Shown here: piece after piece, positions 54,786-64,000 of the stretch | Layout: each line of letters begins with the position of its first letter | How positions within the stretch are numbered: position 1 is the stretch's first letter | Assembly: GCA_951406725.2 (NCBI GenBank) | Contig: OX597824.1 | Location: 5,146,001-5,210,000, forward strand | Reading direction: 5' to 3' | Length of the DNA: 64,000 nucleotides | Source of the DNA: Octopus vulgaris | Taxonomy: Eukaryota | Notes under the pieces: model-generated | Told to the model about the DNA's origin: nothing | The model's database searches: none | The model's input: only the letters and a program-made list of their open reading frames with translations | Made by a program: the position numbers and the translations under genes

Positions 54786-54911
54786 CTCCTTCTTTCTTTC
54801 CTTTCCTGAGCGTCCAATAACACTATACTTGTTCCACATCCTCGCGTTGTTGTCTTTTCATGTTTGGATTAACTTTATATATATACATACATACATACAC
54901 ACATATATATT

Positions 54912-55154
54912 CTTTTATTCTTTTACTTGTTTCAATCATTTGATCGGGGCCATGTTGGAGCACCGCCTTTTAGTCGAACAAGTTGACCCCTGGCCTTATT
55001 CTTTGTAAGCCTGGTATAATTCTATCGGTCTCTTCTACCGAACAGCTAAGTTACGATGACGTATACACACCAGCATCGGTTGTCAAGCAATGTGGTGTGG
55101 ACAAACACAGACACAAAGACATACATACATACATAATACATACATACATAAATA

Positions 55155-55224
<70 letters not shown>

Positions 55225-55388
55225 CGACAGGCTTCTTTCGGTTTCTGTCTACCACATCCACTCACAAGGCTTTGGTCGGCTCGAGGCTGCAGTAGACAAC
55301 ACTTGCCCAAGGCACCACGCAGTGGGACTGAACACGGGACCGCGTGGCTGGTAAGCAAGCTTTTTGCCACACAGCCGCTCCTGCACCC
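54912..55388 (-). mobile_element. SINE family A
   Basis: Full colinear match. Confidence 0.9.
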
Positions 55389-55591
55389 ATATATGTATAT
55401 ATGCATGTGTGTGTGTGTATGTTTATGCGCGCGCGTGCGTGTGTGTACGTGTGTATGCGTGTGGGTGTGTGTGCGTGCGTTTGCGTGTATGTGTGTGCAT
55501 GCATGTATATGTATGTACACATACTCATATACATATATATACATACATGCACACACATATAAATGCATACATACATACTTGCATACATACA

Positions 55592-56060
55592 TGCAACTGT
55601 GTACAGTTGTGGAAATTAGCTGCTCAGCGGATGTTAGGATAAATCAGTGAAAAAGAAAATAATGGCGCTGAACTATTGAGAAATCTGCACTTATTCTATC
55701 CAGATGTAACGCAATGCCTAAATACCAATCTTGAGTAATTAGGCTTCTTGAAACCAGAAACGAGGAAGCTGATTCGAAGACTATAGATCAAAGCCATCAC
55801 CGGAACTGTAAAAATCTGTAAAACTTTTCAGAAGTTTATTATTTAGATATATATGAGTATGTCTAGATATGCAACTATATGAACAAGAATACATACATAA
55901 AACAAAACATGCAAATCCGCACGTATACATACATACATACATACATACATATTTACAAAAATACCTTTTTTTTGATGTTGAAGTTCCAATGAAGGAGCCT
56001 TGGATCTAGGTTAGAAACCGGTTCTTTCTCTGTTGGCAAGAAATCTTGAATTAAATTGAT
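55592..56060 (+). mobile_element. 3' end of an RLE-type retrotransposon, same family as 26752-28038
   Basis: LCTVVEISCSADV...ELLRNL...GTVKICKTFQKF and the shared UTR. Confidence 0.8.
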
Positions 56061-56724
56061 TTTTCTGAGAGTTTGCCGAACCTAGCCTGTGAAGCAGATT
56101 CCATGACATGCCGGTCCATCTTTGTGTCGGTGTTGTTTAATCCAAAGTCAAATAATTCTACAATTAAAGATTTTCGGTAAAACATTATCCACTGCATTCC
56201 GCTTGGCTTTTTAGTCTGTGATTTAAAGATGTTGCTGATGTTTGTAGCAACACCTAAGTAGATTACACCTTCGTGTTTGAATGCTTGTTGTTGTTTTGCT
56301 TTGGGATATCTTTAATTGAAAAGTACTATGAGTAAAGCCCTTCCAGCCGTGACAGCCCCCTTCTGTTTTAATAATATGTTAGACTATGTTGTCTTTTTCT
56401 TTACTTAAGAAGCTTTGCTTATTTTGTTTAACCTTAAGTTGTCTCTGGTTGAAAAAGACTTATGAATAAAGGTATTCCAGCCATGACTGTCCCTCGTATT
56501 TTTAATGATATGTAGACCTATGTTTTCCAATGTGCACTTTCATTGCTGAAGTTGCTTTCCTTATTTTGGAAGAAAATTAGCTGTCCTTTCTAGCAGGTTG
56601 ACAACTGACAGCGTTGTTTCTTAATCCTTCTTTCGATTCGTCTTCTGTTAAGGTGGCGCTTAACAAAGAAAATTTCAATAGAGGAGGTCTGTAAATGATT
56701 CTGCCATTTGCTGAAAATAATGGT

Positions 56725-56915
56725 TGGCATAAGACCAGCAATTTTAAGGTGGAGATATTTCGATTACGGATCTAAATTGGTACTTATTTTATGGACATCG
56801 AAATAATGAAAGACAAAGCCAACTTCGACAGAATTTAAACTCACCACGTAAAACCGGAAGGAATGCCGCTTAACAATTCATCTGGCGTGCTAACGATTCT
56901 GCCACCCCACTGCCT
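56725..56915 (-). mobile_element. old SINE family B
   Basis: Degenerate match TGGTACTTATTTTAT..ATGAAAGACAAAG..GCGTGCTAACGATTCTGCCA. Confidence 0.65.
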
Positions 56916-56960
56916 CCCACTGGAAATAATAAACTACACCTAAAATCACACGCTTCAAAC

Positions 56961-57185
56961 CTAACCCATTCAGTCCCAGATTACTTAAATTTCTGAATAT
57001 TACTTTTAAATCTTTGCAAATGATTGAAAATAGGTTAAAATGAAAGAAATAATTATTAAAACTCCTTTACTTCAAATAGAAATGGAAATACTTGGTGTCC
57101 TATAAATAGGACACAAAGACACTGTGATATAGCTTATTTAATGTTCTCATTTAGTGTCCTATTTATAGGACAGTGGGACTTAATG
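56961..57185. mobile_element. piggyBac-like MITE relic with internal palindromes
   Basis: CATTCAGTCCCA / TGGGACTTAATG inverted ends, and the GTGTCCTAT-AA-ATAGGACAC palindrome present twice. Confidence 0.4.
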
Positions 57186-57335
57186 AAAAAAGGAGACATT
57201 GAAGAACGTAGTCTAAGATATAGTTTTAGAGAAGAGGGAACGGGGGTCATTGCTGGGACACCGTTGATCATAGATCCTCCTGATCATGGGCCCGCTTATC
57301 TAGACCCAAACAACAGCGTTATTACAGAATATACA

Positions 57336-57367
<32 letters not shown>

Positions 57368-57570
57368 CATATGCACAACATACACAGACACACACATATA
57401 TATTTATATGCATATTTGTGCATATGTGATTGTGTGGTGAAGATTTGGTGTACTCATAAACGTATGATAGAAGCACAATGTAACACATGCACGCATGCGC
57501 ACAAAAACATGACTACACACACAAGAAATGGATAAACCGTGATTGAAGTGAATTCCATGCCACACACACC

Positions 57571-57625
<55 letters not shown>

Positions 57626-57657
57626 CCTGTATGTCTGTCTGTCTGTCTTTCTATCTG

Positions 57658-57719
<62 letters not shown>

Positions 57720-57720
57720 C

Positions 57721-57824
<104 letters not shown>

Positions 57825-57947
57825 GCCTGCCTAATTGTGTATCTGTGCCTATGCATGCATATTTGTGGTGGATATAAGAGCAAATGCATATGAGATTATA
57901 ATTAAGCCAGAGCAAATCTTTTGCTTGATATATTTATTCCACACTAT

Positions 57948-57998
<51 letters not shown>

Positions 57999-58258
57999 GT
58001 AAACGTACACTCACACACATGTGCCCCCCACACAGACACATGCGCAGATAGCTTGGAAGCAAATCAAACAGATATTTTCAATAAACAGCACCTAACCGTT
58101 TTATTCCGTAAGACACTGAAAGTTCGGCGAAACTAAACAGGAAACTTAATACGCCATTGGGCGTGTATACGAATCAATTAAAGCGCTCATGCAAAATCGA
58201 CGCGAAAACCACAAATATATTGCCAAAACCTCAATATATATATATATATGCTATATAC

Positions 58259-58326
<68 letters not shown>

Positions 58327-58338
58327 GCATATATATAT

Positions 58339-58394
<56 letters not shown>

Positions 58395-58522
58395 AAATAC
58401 ATACATATATGTGTATATATTTATATATATACATACATATATACACACACATATATATATATATACATACAAACATATATATATATATATATATGCATAT
58501 ACACATAAACGTATATATATAC

Positions 58523-58573
<51 letters not shown>

Positions 58574-58598
58574 CATATACATATATATATATACATAT

Positions 58599-58633
<35 letters not shown>

Positions 58634-59244
58634 CATATATATACACAATTCTATCATCCTCTTCATAATGGTATTTCTAGCGTTGCTGACCCGTCTCTGT
58701 AGAATAAGCCAACATCGAAATCCAACGATGTTTGCCGAGAGAAAAGAACTTAGATTGGATGGTTAATGTTTTCTAAAAGCTTCATAGAGCGCACATCAAA
58801 AATTATTGGCGTAGAACTGAATACTGGCATTGTTTCTATTATTTCAAAAACCAGAATCGAATTCACTTATTCGCTGAAACAACATTAAACGATTCCCGAA
58901 TGTTCCAATACTAGTTTTATGCTCCATGTGGAGAAAATAATTGGAAAAACCGTTCTTAGAACCAAAGAATTGGTTGATTGCTGTTTGTTCATATCTTGCT
59001 CTTTTTAAACGCATTTCACTGATCCAGTGACATGTCATCCATTTTTTCTCCTTCTGAAACTGGAATTCTACCCCCTCCCCCCCACACAAACACACACACA
59101 CAAACACACACACACAAACACACACACACACGGACGGACGAATTATTTTATTTTTCTAATTCCTTTCAGCGTTTGTTTTATCTGTTCATTATAAGCATCT
59201 AAGTTACTGCGACCCATATTTTCCCCCATAAATCTCTGTTGTTG

Positions 59245-59327
<83 letters not shown>

Positions 59328-59392
59328 TTCATTACTGCTATTATTATTTCCCCACTCTTTCATGTCACTCAAGAGCTTTGTGATACTTAGAA

Positions 59393-59475
<83 letters not shown>

Positions 59476-59622
59476 CATACACTTACACACACACTTACAC
59501 ACACATGTCATTAGCAATCTGTGCGTCTTATCCACGCATATATGTATACACACATATAATACCCAATATATATATATATATATATACATTATATATATAT
59601 ATACATATATATACATATATAT

Positions 59623-59702
<80 letters not shown>

Positions 59703-60144
59703 GCATATATAAATATATACATACACGCACACACACGCACGCACACACACATATATAATTTGCAAATGGAAAAATAATTAATACACAGAGTAATGAATGT
59801 GTGTTATACACCTGTAAGGTAAGGTTGCATGGCTAAGATGTTTGCTTTCCAATCACATGGTTCTGGTTTCGATTCCACTAAACAGCACTTTGGGCATATA
59901 TATATACATGCCTGTATCAGTGATTGCTTTTATATGCTTGGCATGATACTAACGGTTGAGAGATATCGATGATTTTTTTTAGAAAATCTATTAACTTCCT
60001 CGATAAATATCGATAACATATGAAGCATATTTAGATAAGTGATGGTATCGATATGATCGATTAAAAATTCAAGGCAGTTTTACACAATGGACGCAGCAAA
60101 CCGAACCAGTAATTGAATAAAAGCATGCATATGTGAATGTACAA

Positions 60145-60187
<43 letters not shown>

Positions 60188-60199
60188 TACATACATACA

Positions 60200-60458
60200 T
60201 AGCCATTACTAGAACTGTTAAAATCTGTAAAACTTTCCAGAAGTTTATCATTTAAATATATATGAGTATGTCTAGATAAGAAATCTGTGCATGAGAAGGC
60301 ATACATAAAACAAAAACACACAAATCTGCACATATACGTACATACAAAAATACACTGTCGATATTGTTGAAATTCCAACGAAGGAGCCTTGGATCTAGGT
60401 TAGAAACCGGCCCTTTCTTTATCGACAAGCAATCTCAAAATAAAACTGAATAATGATA
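60200..60458 (+). mobile_element. short 3' end of the same RLE family, followed by (TACA)n
   Basis: TVKICKTFQKF* plus UTR GAAGGAGCCTTGGATCTAGGTTAGAAACCGG. Confidence 0.8.
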
Positions 60459-60508
60459 TACATACATACATACCTAATACATACATACATAATACATACA
60501 TACATTCA

Positions 60509-60544
<36 letters not shown>

Positions 60545-60703
60545 TACATGCATACATGCATACATACATACATACATACATACATACATAATATATATCT
60601 ACATACATTCATACATACATACATACATACATACATACATACATACATACATACATACATACATGCATACATACATACATACATACATACATACATACAT
60701 ACA

Positions 60704-60734
<31 letters not shown>

Positions 60735-61020
60735 CCATATGAATTAATATTCATACCAATAATGATTGAAGCACTAGGTTTTGTTAGTAAATGCTTAGAG
60801 GGGACTCTGGATAAACTGGGATTTTCAGTAAGACCAATTAATTCGTACATTACAAGTGCAATCTGTGAGTGGAAGAGTAAAAATATGCAAGACTTTTCTC
60901 AAGTTCCAAATGTGAATTTGTCTGTGTTAGCTACATCCCAGAGATGGAACCTTGTATCTTTGCTGGAAACTAGCTCCCTCCTCAGTGGTAGGTATATAAT
61001 AATTAAAAAATAGAAGAGAC
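60735..61020 (+). mobile_element. 3' end of a related RLE subfamily, with (TACA)n on both sides
   Basis: FIPIMIEALGFVSKCLEGTLDKLGFS...LQVQSVSGRVKICKTFLKF. Confidence 0.75.
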
Positions 61021-61379
61021 ACACATACATACATACATACATACATACATACATACATACATACATACATACATACATACATACATACATACATACATAC
61101 ATACATACATACATACATACATACATACATACATACATACATACATACATACATACATACATACATACATACATACATACATACATACATGCATGTGATG
61201 TGTGTCAAACGATTGCCTAAGGTTAATCTTGTGTAATTATCTTGTAAAGACACACATGTAAAGACGTTATAAGTAGTTATAATAAAAGTATTAATCGCAA
61301 ATCCAAACGGTTAAAATATCGTCAGCTGCGATGCACCCACTTGACAAATATAACTTTACTGGAATCAAAAACCATCATC

Positions 61380-63300
61380 GTCACTCAACTAACAGCAGGG
61401 GAGAAGTGGGCTTTTGGAAAGCTAAAAGTCAATCCCAAACTGTTCTCATTGCCAAAAAGCACAAGGTCCCTGTCTTATCCGTCGGACCACTGAGTGGTGA
61501 GTGCAACGTGGTGCAGAGGTCATGGTCGAGATTCTGTAGAAGTAGTACCGCTCTACTATCAGCAATCCACACATAGTTAATCTGGATAACATTGGTGAAA
61601 CAAACCCTCGTACACCGTATCCGATATAAAATTTGGCGCCCAGGATATCATAGCAGTTATAAACAGAATTACAATCAATTACAGGCCCCGATAGGTTCTC
61701 CGTTCAAATGCTGAAAGAGTGCCGACCTCAAATGGTATTTCCTTAGCAATTCTGTAGAGGCAATTACTGATATTGGCTACATTCCTAATAATTTCCTATC
61801 CCAGTCGATTGTTCCAGTTTTCAAAAAGGGCTACAAATTGCTAGCAGTGAATTACCCACCGATCTCTCGTACCTCACATAACAAATTATTTGAGAGAGTG
61901 GCGAGATCTCGAGTAACTCACTTCCTGGAAAGTAACAACCTACTTACTCCCAAGCAGCATGGTTTCCACAATGGCAGGGACTGCCTAACACACCTTAAAA
62001 GCCTAGGAGAGGGTTCCAATGCAGGTTGATCGTTGTCCCCTTTTAAGAAATTATCCAACATTACTGGGTAAGGCGGCGAGCTGGCAGAAACATTAGCACG
62101 TCGGGTGAAATGCTTAGTGGTGTTTCGTCTGTCTTTACGTTCTGAGTTCAAATTCCGCCGAGGTCGACTTTGCATTTCATCCTTTCGGGGTCAATAAATT
62201 AAGTACCAGTTACGCACTGGGGTCGATGTAATCGACTTAATCCCTTTCTCTGTCCTTGTTTGTCCCCTCTATGTTTAGCCCCTTGTGGGCAATAAAGAAA
62301 TAAATTTTCCAACATTGGTGTCCAACCGGGATCATGAAAATGAATTGAATGCTTTCTGGTGAACAGGAGCCAGCATGTGGCGGTGGATGGTATTCCATGA
62401 GTGTCAGCAAAAGTTATCGCTGGAGTCCGACAAGGCTCTGCGATGGGCCCAGTCCCCTTTAGTATTTATATCAATGACGATATTGACCTCATCAAATACA
62501 GCAGAGTTAAGATTTTCGCGGAAGACTCTAAGCTTCTGAAGATCGTCTACAGAGTAAGAAACCGGATTAATCTCCAATCGGGTCTGCTCGCTGTTATCCA
62601 ATAGGCAGAGAAACACAATATACCGGTGAGTAAGAAAGAAATTTGAATTAATCCATTTCGGTAAAGAGGCTACAATTAAGCTATCATACACTCTTCCGTC
62701 AGGTGAAAACCTCGTGACATCAAATATTGCTAGGGACCTCGGGGTCTCGCCCTTTTCTCAATGGAAGCTGGAGTGCGCATATAAACAGCAAAGTCGACAT
62801 GGCCCACTGAGCGTGCTCATGGATACTCAGGGCTTTCAAGCCTACAGACACTTCCATCGTTATCCTTCTCGTCTCCACCTTCGCCCGTCTTCATATTGAA
62901 TACTGTTGATTGCTGCGGTCTTCTCTCTACGAAATAAAGTATAAAAAAACTGAAGCATCCCCCCCAACGAAGAAAAATGCACGACAGTCTTGATTACTGG
63001 TATCGATTCGAGAAGCTCAGACTACATTCTCTCCAACGTCGCCGTGAGCGCTATTTCCTTTGTACGAGGTGAAAAATATTCCAGCAGCATTGCCCGAATG
63101 ATGTTGGAACCAACATTAAAATTCACTCGAGGCTTGGGTCCCGGCGCCATCGGTCCCTCTAGCAGAATCATGATTGCGTTACGTCATAACACTAAGCTAG
63201 AACTAGTTTAACTGAAATGGCCCTGCTCTTTTAAACATCGTGCCAAGACACGAAAGAGAAGAAAAAGATATCATAAAAGTCAAACGGTTCCAGGATAAAT
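61380..63300 (+). mobile_element. decayed CR1-group LINE ORF2 (reverse transcriptase)
   Basis: GPD..MLKEC, IVPVFKKG..NYPPISRTS, QHGF..RDCLTHL, GVRQGSAMGP..FSIYIND, IFAEDSKL. Confidence 0.88.
62063..62301 (+). mobile_element. full-length SINE family B nested in the LINE, 15-bp TSD
   Basis: AAATTATCCAACATT (62048-62062) and AAATTTTCCAACATT (62302-62316). Confidence 0.93.
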
Positions 63301-63301
63301 A

Positions 63302-63398
<97 letters not shown>

Positions 63399-63441
63399 AA
63401 TATATAAATATATAAATATATAAATATATATATATACACAT

Positions 63442-63472
<31 letters not shown>

Positions 63473-64000
63473 AATATATAAATATATAAATATATAAATA
63501 TATATATATATATACATATACATACATATATATATATATACACATATACATACATATATGCATACACACATATATATATATATATGTATATATACACATA
63601 CACTTACATATACATATACACACACATACATACACACATTCATAAGCAAATGTAGATATATTTATATATATTAACAGATATATACACATGTACAGATATA
63701 CAGACATACACAGGTACACACACACACATAAATATGTATGAGTGTGTGTGTGTGTATCTGTATACGTGTGAATGGATACCCATCTTCCTCTACATAGACA
63801 CACAGATGCGTATATACACACACAATCACACACACACACATACGTATAAGGGAATATGTATGTATGAATGTAATGTGGACATCAGCATTTGTGTTGTGGC
63901 TTTCTGTGTGTGTGTGTTTATATGAGGCAGCAGAAAACGGTATTGAGTTCTTCAATATCTTTGGACGTCATACTTCATTCGAATTAAAGATAAACGATAT

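Overview
AT-rich, microsatellite-saturated animal DNA. The SINE families and the (TA)n/(TACA)n/(TAA)n load point to an octopus or other coleoid cephalopod (inference). It looks intronic or intergenic, and nearly all listed ORFs are simple-repeat artefacts. The window holds about 25 tRNA-derived SINE copies from at least 4 families, 3' fragments of Tx1/L1-like, RTE, CR1-group and R4/Dong-type LINEs, decayed hAT and mariner transposons, several MITEs, a non-autonomous Helitron, Penelope-like (PLE) remnants, and a 100-N scaffold gap. Host-gene evidence is limited to one good isolated exon candidate (14364-14464 +) and a weaker one (5653-5873 -). The strongest signal is a set of at least six minimal type I hammerhead-ribozyme motifs with palindromic stem III, mostly in short islands in or next to (TA)n tracts. 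One sits exactly in the loop of a 107-bp near-perfect hairpin (52254-52497). Also notable are RLE retrotransposons tied to (TACA)n, a SINE sharing its 3' tail with a Tx1-like LINE, and a pure-microsatellite insert flanked by a 16-bp direct repeat. All calls were made by eye and no database search was run.
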